From a virus: 64,000 nt of DNA. The stretch lies in IMG/VR virus record IMGVR_UViG_3300033049_000041, positions 21,232 to 85,231 of that record; one strand, 5' to 3'. Made by a program: the position numbers and the translations under genes. The notes below the pieces were generated by a model. That model searched no databases, was not told where the DNA came from, and was given only the letters and a program-made list of their open reading frames with translations. Shown in pieces: positions 26,253-35,181 of this stretch. Positions within the stretch are counted from its first letter, which is position 1, and every line of letters starts with the position of its first letter.

Positions 26253-26514
26253 TCCCCTTCTTTTCAACATATAAACGATAATGCAATTCCCTATGACAAT
26301 TAGCACAGAGTAACAGACATTTATCTAACTCTTTCTTTAATTTAGTCCATAAAAAAGAATATCCCTTACTAATAGTAAAGGATTTATCTTCAGGATTTAA
26401 GTGATGAAACTCGAAAGCCCAGGTACATTTATCGTACCCACAATGTTGACAACTACCACCTTTATAATGGATGGCTTTCATCTTTGTTTGTTGCTTTTTA
26501 AGTTTCTTTTTCAT
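26245..26514 (-). CDS. HNH endonuclease
   Basis: CQHCGY...FEFHH...DKCLLLCANCHRELH, directly 3' of tRNA-Ile. Confidence 0.88.
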   Translation of the reverse strand: MKKKLKKQQTKMKAIHYKGGSCQHCGYDKCTWAFEFHHLNPEDKSFTISKGYSFLWTKLKKELDKCLLLCANCHRELHYRLYVEKKGNE

Positions 26515-26519
26515 TGTTG

Positions 26520-26591
26520 TAGTGATAGATAGATTCGAACTATCAACCTCCTTCGTATCAGAAAGGTGCTCTGCCGTTGAGCTATACCACT
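26520..26591 (-). tRNA. tRNA-Ile(GAU)
   Basis: Cloverleaf; CCTTT-CTGATAC-GAAGG. Confidence 0.9.
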
Positions 26592-26686
26592 TGGTGGGCT
26601 AGGATAGGATTTCAACCTACACATTCCATAATTGGACATCAATCTCACACAATTGACGCAGCTATTTCATTCTGCCATCCCGTCCC
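26592..26686 (-). ncRNA. atypical long tRNA-like RNA with ACCA end, anticodon unassignable
   Basis: D-like GCAG/CTGC, arm GTCAAT-TGTGTGAG-ATTGAT, variable arm, T arm, irregular acceptor. Confidence 0.6.
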
Positions 26687-26696
26687 AGGTAATTAG

Positions 26697-26769
26697 ACGC
26701 ACAGGACAGATTCGAACTGCCGTACTTCGGATTATGAGTCCGACGCTAAACCATCTCAGCTACCGTGCA
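26697..26769 (-). tRNA. tRNA-Met(CAU)
   Basis: Cloverleaf; TCGGA-CTCATAA-TCCGA. Confidence 0.88.
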
Positions 26770-26774
26770 TTCTG

Positions 26775-27248
26775 TTATTTTCTTTTCTTTTTTCTTAATT
26801 CAAGTATTTCTTTATACTTTAACTTCCACTCATCATTGAGTAAATCTAATTGAATTTCAATTTCTTCTAATGTAAATATACCTAATTCTAGTTGAATTAC
26901 TAAATGTAAAACTCTAGCCATTGCAATCATACATCTTTCAGGAGTCCAACAGATATACTTATACTTACTATTATCCATGTATAAGTTTATCATACACATA
27001 AATCCAGCATCATCATTATAAGCTATATTATAAAGGCTCTTAGTACTACAACTACTATTTTTAAATTGCCAATAGTATTGCATGTCATGCCAGTCATACT
27101 TAGGATTTTTAAACAAAAACTTTATTAAAGTAATTACTTCAAAATTCATTAATAATTCTTCATCTACCTTAATAGCATCTAGTAAAGTAAATGCTAACTC
27201 ATTTTTATCTTCAGAGTTAATCATTAAAGCTAACTCTGGTTCATTCAT
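26775..27248 (-). CDS. hypothetical protein
   Basis: 157-aa ORF. Confidence 0.7.
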   Translation of the reverse strand: MNEPELALMINSEDKNELAFTLLDAIKVDEELLMNFEVITLIKFLFKNPKYDWHDMQYYWQFKNSSCSTKSLYNIAYNDDAGFMCMINLYMDNSKYKYICWTPERCMIAMARVLHLVIQLELGIFTLEEIEIQLDLLNDEWKLKYKEILELRKKKRK

Positions 27249-27480
27249 TATTTGTAATTATTATGTTTCCTGATACTTCTATATACTTTTCTGTAACTTT
27301 ATCTTTAAAGTAGTAACCATTGTTAGATCTGTAAACTACTCCAGCACTATTCCAAGAGTGAGTAACTACATTGTTATGGTTAAGTAACGTTATCTTAAAA
27401 GATTCATTAGATTCAGTTTCTTTTTTATAACTACATGAAATAACTAGAAGTGTAGACAATATAAATAAAAATTGTTTCAT
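27241..27480 (-). CDS. small lipoprotein
   Basis: Signal peptide with lipobox VISC. Confidence 0.7.
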   Translation of the reverse strand: MKQFLFILSTLLVISCSYKKETESNESFKITLLNHNNVVTHSWNSAGVVYRSNNGYYFKDKVTEKYIEVSGNIIITNNE

Positions 27481-27503
27481 GGTAATTTTTTAGGTTATAA
27501 ACA

Positions 27504-27667
27504 AAGGGAGCAAACAAAGCGATTCAAACTGTAATGTAATAAGCTAAATCCCAATTCTAGTGTGTCTACCAGTTCCACCACCGCCCATTTAATTGACATA
27601 CTGGTCGGGCGGGAAGGATTCGAACCTCCAAATACGAAGTAAGTTTGAAAATTAGTATTGCTCCCTT
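27504..27667 (-). ncRNA. Y-like module RNA with circularly permuted tRNA (Leu-type D arm, internal ACCA)
   Basis: AAGGGAGCAA/TTGCTCCCTT, TACTAATT, TTCAAACT/AGTTTGAA, TACTTCG, T arm, CCGCCCG-ACCA-linker-TGGGCGG, D arm, anticodon arm. Confidence 0.82.
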
Positions 27668-27678
27668 ATATTGTTATG

Positions 27679-28161
27679 TTACTCTATAATAGTAACTTTT
27701 ATATTAATTATATCTTTCTTATCAATAGACCTTTTAAGTAATGCTAATAAGCAATTAATATCAGCTTTACCTACTATTACACCACCTAATAAATTGGTTC
27801 TACCATTAGTTAAGTTAATGAATAATGATTTGAACTCACCTAATTCTTTATTAAAATCATCTGTATCAAATACCTGACGTATTTCATTACCTTTATACAT
27901 AATACTAGTATTACTCAATCTAATAGCTGATAACAAAGCTTTACCTTCTTTAATATCAGTCATAGTATAATTGGCTTTTGTAATAGCAAAATTAGATTTA
28001 TTACATTCATACTCAATTACATAAGCTGGAACCCACCAAATATAACCAAAGAATGATTTCTTCTGTTCTACATGATAAGATTTACTTGAATGATTTAAAC
28101 TATTTATAGCATTAGTTTCTACTAATCTGTATATTGGTTTTAATATACTTAAGTTAAACAT
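27679..28161 (-). CDS. hypothetical protein
   Basis: 160-aa ORF. Confidence 0.7.
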   Translation of the reverse strand: MFNLSILKPIYRLVETNAINSLNHSSKSYHVEQKKSFFGYIWWVPAYVIEYECNKSNFAITKANYTMTDIKEGKALLSAIRLSNTSIMYKGNEIRQVFDTDDFNKELGEFKSLFINLTNGRTNLLGGVIVGKADINCLLALLKRSIDKKDIINIKVTIIE

Positions 28162-29189
28162 TATTTCCTTTTAGTTAGTTGTTTCTTTCTATTCAAATTT
28201 ATCTTTATTATTAGAATTTCTAGTCCTAATCTTATAGACTGATTTTTTAGTGTACTCTCGTTTACATCATAGAGTATCTTACTTATATTATCTAACATTC
28301 CAAATATCAAAGATGGACCTAATCCTTTATATAAAAGTCTCATCTCCTTTTTAAGGGAGTCAGACATAAATATCAAAGTCTCGGTAGCAGCGGATTTAAA
28401 GTAAAATAAATCTCTTAGAAACTCTGTAAAGCCGAGGCAGAATTTATCCACCTCAATGGATCTCAACAACTTATCTAAAATAAGGAGTGATTTATCTACT
28501 TCCGCATCCTTCATGGCAGTAACTAAATTAAAGTACGCTAATTGACTTACCATATTTAGTTTATCAAACAACTCGCTCGTACTGCAATTCTCTCTACACA
28601 TTTCTAATAAACTAATGGCATCTCTAAGCGATCCGTTGGACTGCCTAGCGATTGTAATTAACGCTTCTTCCTCAAAGTTAATTCCCTCAGTTACGCATAT
28701 AAACTTCAACCTATCCACTACATCTGACCCCTCAATTTTCTTCAAGTCAAAAAGTTGACAACGAGACTGTATCGTTGCTATTATCTTATGCTTCTCAGTT
28801 GTACACAATATAAACCTACAATAACTTGGTGGCTCTTCAATGACCTTCAATAAAGCATTAAATGCCTGACTAGAGTACATATGAGCCTCATCAATGATGT
28901 AAGTCTTCACTTTACCTGTAGGATGGACTCTAGTGGTCTTAATTAGATTCCTAGCATCCTCTACACTATTATTACTAGCTGCATCAATCTCAAATATATC
29001 ACAATCTAAGCATTTAGTTTCCTTAGCTATGAGTCTAGCTAAAGTAGTTTTACCAGTACCATGCATCCCATTAATTAATATGGAGTGTGACAGTCTATCT
29101 TTTGTAATAGCTGCTCTAATAGTACTTATAGCAGTTTCTTGACCTACTACATCATCGAATGATTGTGGTCTATACGTATTATACAGCAT
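28161..29189 (-). CDS. dnaX: DNA polymerase III gamma/tau-like clamp-loader subunit
   Basis: YRPQSFDDVVGQE, GMHGTGKTT, EIDAASN, IIDEAHM, AFNALLKVIEEPP, TIQSRCQ, GSLRDA. Confidence 0.95.
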   Translation of the reverse strand: MLYNTYRPQSFDDVVGQETAISTIRAAITKDRLSHSILINGMHGTGKTTLARLIAKETKCLDCDIFEIDAASNNSVEDARNLIKTTRVHPTGKVKTYIIDEAHMYSSQAFNALLKVIEEPPSYCRFILCTTEKHKIIATIQSRCQLFDLKKIEGSDVVDRLKFICVTEGINFEEEALITIARQSNGSLRDAISLLEMCRENCSTSELFDKLNMVSQLAYFNLVTAMKDAEVDKSLLILDKLLRSIEVDKFCLGFTEFLRDLFYFKSAATETLIFMSDSLKKEMRLLYKGLGPSLIFGMLDNISKILYDVNESTLKNQSIRLGLEILIIKINLNRKKQLTKRK

Positions 29190-29198
29190 AAGCACAAA

Positions 29199-29573
29199 TT
29201 AGCTTAATAGTTTCTTAGTATTCTTTCTTTTTCTTGGATTCAATCCTTTGGTATCTAGCCTGAAATTCTCTTTACTATAAGGTTCATATTCTAAATCTAT
29301 ATAGTAAGCTTCCCAAATTTCATTAGAATTAGCAATATCACATAACTCCCTTACAGGACTTAGATGACTAAATGCACTTCTACCTAATGGATACCATAAA
29401 CCGTATCTTTGTCGTATCCATGATATAGTGTTATTTAATGAAATAGTAGGCTTTCGATTACTATTAGGATCACATGCACTGTCTAAATAACAGTAATCAA
29501 TCCAACCTTCTTTACAATGAATACGATTGAAATGAATCCAACTATCTTTGGGTGTATGTGATTCTATTTTCAT
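29199..29573 (-). CDS. hypothetical protein
   Basis: 124-aa ORF. Confidence 0.65.
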   Translation of the reverse strand: MKIESHTPKDSWIHFNRIHCKEGWIDYCYLDSACDPNSNRKPTISLNNTISWIRQRYGLWYPLGRSAFSHLSPVRELCDIANSNEIWEAYYIDLEYEPYSKENFRLDTKGLNPRKRKNTKKLLS

Positions 29574-29588
29574 AGTAGTTTTAAGTTA

Positions 29589-29813
29589 TTATATCCATTG
29601 AGTTTTTCTAGTGTGTTTCCAAGTACGATACATTCTACGTTGGTAGCTAAATAATTGCTTTTTTCTTATCTTATAAGCTTTAGTACCTCTATTCCGTGAA
29701 GGATATGACTTATAATACCAATACATATCATCATAAGGTTCTATGAATGTAACTATAGTTTTATACTCTTTGTTAGTTACTGCTAAGTCTAATTTACCTC
29801 TATTTCTTTTCAT
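29589..29813 (-). CDS. small basic protein
   Basis: 74-aa ORF ending TWKHTRKTQW. Confidence 0.65.
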   Translation of the reverse strand: MKRNRGKLDLAVTNKEYKTIVTFIEPYDDMYWYYKSYPSRNRGTKAYKIRKKQLFSYQRRMYRTWKHTRKTQWI

Positions 29814-29869
29814 TTTGCTTTGTATTTTAAATTAATAAAATTACAAAGCATCGAATTTCTTTTTCATAT

Positions 29870-30187
29870 TTAGATCTTATTTTTATTAGATACTCTAGAA
29901 ATCAATAAGTAAGCCTTATTAGAAATAGTTTGCATACTTATGGCTAATCGCTTATAAGTGTCATACTCTTTCTTTTTAACACGCTTAAAGTAGTTGATAC
30001 TATTAAACTCAATTTCTGTAGTATTAATTTTGTAGCTATGAATCCTTACTTTTTCATAATCTTTGTTGAAAGTGATAGGTACAATGGGTTTTAGTACTAT
30101 TAGTTTTTTACCTACTAATTTATGTTTTTCACATCGTATCATTACGTGCTTTCCATTATCACTAATATACAAGTAATGTTCGTTCAT
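29870..30187 (-). CDS. hypothetical protein
   Basis: 105-aa ORF. Confidence 0.65.
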   Translation of the reverse strand: MNEHYLYISDNGKHVMIRCEKHKLVGKKLIVLKPIVPITFNKDYEKVRIHSYKINTTEIEFNSINYFKRVKKKEYDTYKRLAISMQTISNKAYLLISRVSNKNKI

Positions 30188-30189
30188 AG

Positions 30190-30378
30190 TTATTTCTTTG
30201 CTATTTTCTCATTAATAGCATCAGCTATAAATTTACCTTGTTCATCCTGTAATATAGCAGCTTCAACTAATGTGTTAGTTTTCTTAACGAATTGAAGCCA
30301 ACCTGTTATCTTTGCTACAACTGTATTCTTATTATCTACTATAGTCTTCTCATCCTCACAATATCTCACTTTCCTCAT
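30190..30378 (-). CDS. hypothetical protein
   Basis: 62-aa ORF. Confidence 0.65.
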   Translation of the reverse strand: MRKVRYCEDEKTIVDNKNTVVAKITGWLQFVKKTNTLVEAAILQDEQGKFIADAINEKIAKK

Positions 30379-30402
30379 TTCTACAATAGTTTTTTTGGTT
30401 TA

Positions 30403-30523
30403 GGTCAAGGGGTAGGAATCGAACCTACAATCATTTCAATATGCTTTAGTCTAATCGTTGACTAGCCATGCTTCTAGAACACACTCCATTAAAATAGGCT
30501 TACACTAAACTGCTCTCCCTATC
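30403..30523 (-). ncRNA. degenerate tRNA-scaffold RNA
   Basis: Perfect T arm GTAGGTTCGATTCCTAC; weak acceptor pairing; 5' end uncertain. Confidence 0.4.
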
Positions 30524-30626
30524 ATTTGTATCTTAAGTTAATAAGCTTTGTTTATACCCAACTTAATGGTTCCAGGAATAATTTAGACGGGTTTCCTGAT
30601 TTCTTTACCGTACTTATTAACCATTG

Positions 30627-31010
30627 TGGAGCTGCGGGGAGTCGAACCCCGGTGTTCCCACTTTCAATTAAAATTTCTACAAGTTTAGTAGTATCTTTAG
30701 ATAGTTCTTCTCGTTGGGTGATTCTACGTACCTTCCTGAGTATAGTTACTGATATACCATACAAGCCATAACTTCTTGTAATCCTTTTCCGAGTAATCGT
30801 GTTCGTGTATAACGGAGCAGTAATATCGGAGTCAACAGGCTCTACATTATTTGACGAGTAAGGTTAGTCGAAACTAATCTTAAGCCGCCATACGAACTGG
30901 TGCATAAGCTCCATCTAAGGTTTACCTTCAATATTTATTAATCGCTTATCAAGCCTCAGCGATACTTGCTTGTTCTAACATCTAAGTGGGAGTCGAATCC
31001 AGTCAGCCCC
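30627..31010 (-). ncRNA. ssrA: tmRNA
   Basis: 5' GGGGCTGACTGGATTCGAC, 3' T arm plus CAGCTCCA with G3:U; tag frame DGAYAPVRMAA-stop. Confidence 0.95.
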
Positions 31011-31015
31011 AATCC

Positions 31016-31288
31016 TTAAAACTTATCTTGTGAATGTCGTTCTGCCATTTCATATCTATTAGTGGCATTCTTCAATTCAATTTCTAAGTCATTATACTTA
31101 TGCTCTAAGTTACCTAATTCTCTTTCCAGATCATCAGCTTTCTCTTCTAAAGCATTAATTATATTATCAGCACAGTCTTTCATATAACCAGCACCATCTT
31201 CAAATGATGTTCTCTGGTCTACGTAAATTGTTGCTCTTTGTTTAGCTCTTTGGCTAATTAGTTTATCGTTTGGTAATTGTGTGTTCAT
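31016..31288 (-). CDS. coiled-coil protein
   Basis: 90-aa ORF with heptad pattern. Confidence 0.65.
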   Translation of the reverse strand: MNTQLPNDKLISQRAKQRATIYVDQRTSFEDGAGYMKDCADNIINALEEKADDLERELGNLEHKYNDLEIELKNATNRYEMAERHSQDKF

Positions 31289-31593
31289 TACTTTAAGTCT
31301 TTAAGTCTTTTTTGCTCTGTAACGTATTCTTCCAAATGCTCGAAATTACCTTCATATATATTAATACCTGCAGATTCTAATTTCTTAAATATAGCATGCC
31401 ACATTTGAGTTGGTGACATATTCATAACTATTTCTATAGCAGATGAACTAACTAAACTGTTACTTTCCTCCTGTATGAAGTTAAATCTTAAGTTATTATC
31501 AACTGCAACCTTAGTTACATAAGTTAATTCATCCCACGTTTTACTCTCCAATCCTCTCATACTTATTTGTTCAATTATGTTAATGAAAGACAA
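31288..31593 (-). CDS. hypothetical protein
   Basis: 101-aa ORF, start uncertain. Confidence 0.6.
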   Translation of the reverse strand: MSFINIIEQISMRGLESKTWDELTYVTKVAVDNNLRFNFIQEESNSLVSSSAIEIVMNMSPTQMWHAIFKKLESAGINIYEGNFEHLEEYVTEQKRLKDLK

Positions 31594-31747
31594 TACTTGT
31601 ACAAAGATAAATTTCCTTACATTTGTATCAATTCTTCCGCTATTTCTTCTTAGTTAGTGTCAATCCCTTGATGCTAACTAATTTTTCCTTACAACTACTT
31701 TATAAGGCAATGAGCTTAATGCTTGTTGCCTTTTTCTATTTGTAGTA

Positions 31748-31779
31748 AAAACACTGGACAGACCCAAATCTGCCCAGTG
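31748..31779 (-). terminator. intrinsic terminator after the Ro60 gene
   Basis: CACTGGGCAGA/TCTGTCCAGTG hairpin followed by a T run. Confidence 0.7.
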
Positions 31780-31816
31780 AAAAAAGAATTGCCGATGAAA
31801 GCAATCATGGGTATTC

Positions 31817-33649
31817 TTACCAAGAACCAAATGGCTCTAATTTAATTTCATTAACAGTATCATACAGCGCATTCGGATTAGCTTCCATTGCAATCAATTG
31901 CTTGAGTGTCTCGTAACTATATCCTGTTGAATGAATAATATTCGGATCATTATTATCAGGCATACAAGATGTACCATACGAATTAACGTTGATTAGGTAC
32001 ACATATACTCCTGATAAATTATTCTCTTCCATCCATCTCTTATACATTATGTATGCAGCACCAGCTACTCCATTCTGCATATCTGAGATAATGAATACAC
32101 GTTCTACTGGCTTAATTTGATGAGCATCTCTATAAGAACTTTTACATTGAAATATAGAACCCATATTAGTACCATGAGAAAAACGTGATAGTCTGGCAGT
32201 ACGTACAAACGTTTGTGCAATACTAGAAACACTATTAGAAGGGTCATAAGCAATTGCACCAGTTGCCGAAGCAAACTCATACAAATCAGCATTAACACCT
32301 TTTGCTAGTGTAGCGCCAATCAAAGCACCAATTTCTAATGGAGTCTTCTTATTGTAAGTATTTGCACAATGTCTTGGATTACGCATAGATGCAGATGAAT
32401 CAATTACAACAGCACTTCTACCAAAGAAACCTAAGTCTTCAAGGTTAGCACATGCAATATCATAAGCTTTATCTAAGTGTACTACGATTCGTCTACTAGC
32501 TGCATCACCAATCTGCATCATCATATCTCTAGCTTGTTCCACTTGATGCGGAAATACTAGATTACTAGGTGATTTGATTAATTTCTCATCAATTAATAAA
32601 GCACAGGCTTTCTCAAGCAATACTTTATCCATGGTACTTGATGCAGCATCATGTATGTTCTTCAGATTTCTAAGTAAAGCAAAATAACCAATCTTTCTAC
32701 TCTCAATCAGTGTACGGAAGTTTGCGGACTTACCTTTCACTAATTCTACTTGAGCTTGAGACTTCGTAATCTTACCTTCTTTCACCTTCTTAGCCACTGT
32801 TTGACCAAGCTTGGTGTTCTTATCTTCTACTGTATCCATTTGGCGTAACCATCCGTATATAGCAGCTTGAAAAGCATCTACTCGAACATAACCATCCTTA
32901 ACTCGAAGATTAGCTTTACGTATTTTCTCGTATATAGCATTCTCATTCTTCTTAGTAATGGCTTTACGCATATCAGTCTCATAGTCCTCAATCTTAATTG
33001 AAGCCCAGGCTCTTGATTTATTTGGTACAGGTCTCGTCAAGTTGATTAAATCAACCAAACTAACCATCTTACCTTTATTTTGATATTTTGCTAACTCATA
33101 CCAATCCGCTGATTCTAAGCCTTTTCTAAAGCCTTTAAGCATACTATTAGGTAAATTAATACCTTTGAATGCATCTAGCGTATTGATGTCTCTACCCTTA
33201 GCTTTAGCTCTCGTAATGTAGTAGTATGAAGCAATTTCCATCATGTCATCGACACGGAAAATAACTCCACCCATTTCTTTCTTACGATGTCTCTTACTAA
33301 AGAACAACCTTGCACATTGCTCACCACTTAACGATTTCATCAATCGTACTGCAGCAATATGAGTTCCTGTTCTATGTCCGTCTTTCGCACGAACGTAAAC
33401 AATGAGTTTTGCAGTGAATTCTGCTCCGTATACTTTAACACTCTCGTCGACAGCATCATTTAACATCCTGATTTCCTGAGATTCAGTTAGATAGTATGTT
33501 CTACCATCATACTTCTTAGTCGTCAGAATAGATAATAAATGCATGAAGGTCTTATAGGAATACCCTACACCACCTTGTCTAGTGTTCATCCTCTTGCTGG
33601 TATTAGCAGCTCTCTCCTTAACAATCCTCTTTTGATTGAACCTCGCCAT
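31817..33649 (-). CDS. Ro60/Rsr-like TROVE plus vWA RNA-binding protein
   Basis: NTRQGGVGY, YELAKY, SLVDLINLTRP, IGYFALLRNL, vWA MIDAS VIDSSASM, GTN, IISDMQ. Confidence 0.92.
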   Translation of the reverse strand: MARFNQKRIVKERAANTSKRMNTRQGGVGYSYKTFMHLLSILTTKKYDGRTYYLTESQEIRMLNDAVDESVKVYGAEFTAKLIVYVRAKDGHRTGTHIAAVRLMKSLSGEQCARLFFSKRHRKKEMGGVIFRVDDMMEIASYYYITRAKAKGRDINTLDAFKGINLPNSMLKGFRKGLESADWYELAKYQNKGKMVSLVDLINLTRPVPNKSRAWASIKIEDYETDMRKAITKKNENAIYEKIRKANLRVKDGYVRVDAFQAAIYGWLRQMDTVEDKNTKLGQTVAKKVKEGKITKSQAQVELVKGKSANFRTLIESRKIGYFALLRNLKNIHDAASSTMDKVLLEKACALLIDEKLIKSPSNLVFPHQVEQARDMMMQIGDAASRRIVVHLDKAYDIACANLEDLGFFGRSAVVIDSSASMRNPRHCANTYNKKTPLEIGALIGATLAKGVNADLYEFASATGAIAYDPSNSVSSIAQTFVRTARLSRFSHGTNMGSIFQCKSSYRDAHQIKPVERVFIISDMQNGVAGAAYIMYKRWMEENNLSGVYVYLINVNSYGTSCMPDNNDPNIIHSTGYSYETLKQLIAMEANPNALYDTVNEIKLEPFGSW

Positions 33650-33737
33650 CTTTCAGTATTTCTTAACTCCTCTAAAAATTAAAGAAAACAAACTTTCTTT
33701 ATTCTTTTCTTTCCATCCTTCAATACTCTCGATTCCT

Positions 33738-34619
33738 CTACTGACTCCATGCAAACTTACCGCTACTAAATCTCTTATTTAGTGGGCTATTAGGATTACG
33801 CTTCAACTGCTTAATTTCATCATCATTCATCTGACTTGGGTCAGCATAGAAGTGATGATCTTTAATGGTCGATGCTACTACCACATATTTAGTGGTAACG
33901 GTACGTATCCATGACTCATCAGTATCTAACCTACTATTCAAGTAGGTATATGTACCCATAGGAATATAAGGTACATAGGAGGGTATATCCCCCTCCAGGG
34001 TATTATTCACTACTATATAGCACTTATCCCATGCTATTCTATTTATTTTCTTACCAAATGTAGGTTTATTATAGCTTTCCATACTAAATGCACCTACAAA
34101 TTTCTCAATGTAATAGTATTTATCATCACTCCTTGTACATCTTTTACTATATCTAGGGTATTTAGACTTATTATATGCCTTAGTAACAACTAATTCATTA
34201 TAATTTTTACCATCTAAACGTCTTAATGCAGTAATTGCAACTAAATATTGGTCAATTTGCTCTTCTATGCCGTTACTTCCCGTTGATTCTCTGAATAAAA
34301 TGTTAGTAAACAGTATTTTATTACTATCTGACCACATTCTTCCAGGTAAATCATATGAAAACCCTTCAAAGGGAGTCCAATGCTCTACTGACTTCCTGAA
34401 TACTACATTTACTGGTGTTATAACGGTATCCAGGGATACTACTACTTCACATACAGGTGTACAGGGGTCTAGAACTAGGGTATTACTACAGGTATCTCTA
34501 AGTCTATCTATACCTACTTCCACAGGGGGAGTACTTATTATATTAGTTGATGCCACTGTATACGGATACATAAAAAGTAGGATAGCTAAAATCTCTACTA
34601 TTAACATTATTACTTTCAT
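33738..34619 (-). CDS. exported SleB/Hydrolase_2-like cell-wall hydrolase
   Basis: N-terminal hydrophobic segment; ILFRES...LVAITALRRL and IKDHHFY motifs. Confidence 0.6.
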   Translation of the reverse strand: MKVIMLIVEILAILLFMYPYTVASTNIISTPPVEVGIDRLRDTCSNTLVLDPCTPVCEVVVSLDTVITPVNVVFRKSVEHWTPFEGFSYDLPGRMWSDSNKILFTNILFRESTGSNGIEEQIDQYLVAITALRRLDGKNYNELVVTKAYNKSKYPRYSKRCTRSDDKYYYIEKFVGAFSMESYNKPTFGKKINRIAWDKCYIVVNNTLEGDIPSYVPYIPMGTYTYLNSRLDTDESWIRTVTTKYVVVASTIKDHHFYADPSQMNDDEIKQLKRNPNSPLNKRFSSGKFAWSQ

Positions 34620-34740
34620 TACTTGCTTTTTAATCTTCGAGCATACAGCCCTTGCTTTAAATAGGTTATAATATTAGGTAAAAATAAAAAGGATGCCTAA
34701 CTAATTAGACATCCTTCCATATAGTTGAGTGATTAATTCC

Positions 34741-35175
34741 CTAATCTTCCGATAACAATTCGTCCATATCGTATGAGATTTGACTCCCAAACATAATTTT
34801 ATGAGCGTTATCGAATTTTCCTTGTGTTAGAATACCTGTTTGAAGTGCTTTCTGACAGCCTTTCAAATTAGCCTTAGCTAATGTAACAGCATCGAATGCT
34901 TCTGCTAATTTCTTAACAGTAAAGTTTTCATTACCGTACATAGATTCCAATGCTCCTTCTGCTACCGTAATAGCAGCTTTAGAGTCAGCAGTTTCATTTG
35001 CTAATTGGTCTACACGAGTCTTTTGGCGACTAACCTCATTTGACAGCGCTCTAGAGAACTGTCTATTTTTTGCAGCATTTTCTGCTGACTTACCTGTAGA
35101 AGCTTGATTAGCTTCCATTCTTTCCAAAAATGTCATTCCCTCTGTAATCTCCTTAACCTCTTTTCTCTTAGCCAT
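34741..35175 (-). CDS. coiled-coil protein
   Basis: 144-aa Ala-rich ORF followed by a hairpin terminator. Confidence 0.7.
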   Translation of the reverse strand: MAKRKEVKEITEGMTFLERMEANQASTGKSAENAAKNRQFSRALSNEVSRQKTRVDQLANETADSKAAITVAEGALESMYGNENFTVKKLAEAFDAVTLAKANLKGCQKALQTGILTQGKFDNAHKIMFGSQISYDMDELLSED

Positions 35176-35181
35176 CTTTAT

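Noticed and set aside
30526-30771. ORFs 30526..30771 (+) and 30552..30764 (-)
   Set aside because: They overlap the tmRNA 3' domain
4776-31010. RNase P RNA, HDV-like theta ribozymes after tRNAs, and an RtcB gene
   Set aside because: Looked for by eye and not found; a covariance or HMM search could still reveal divergent copies
32104-32298. 64-aa minus-strand ORF
   Set aside because: Alternative frame inside the Ro60 gene
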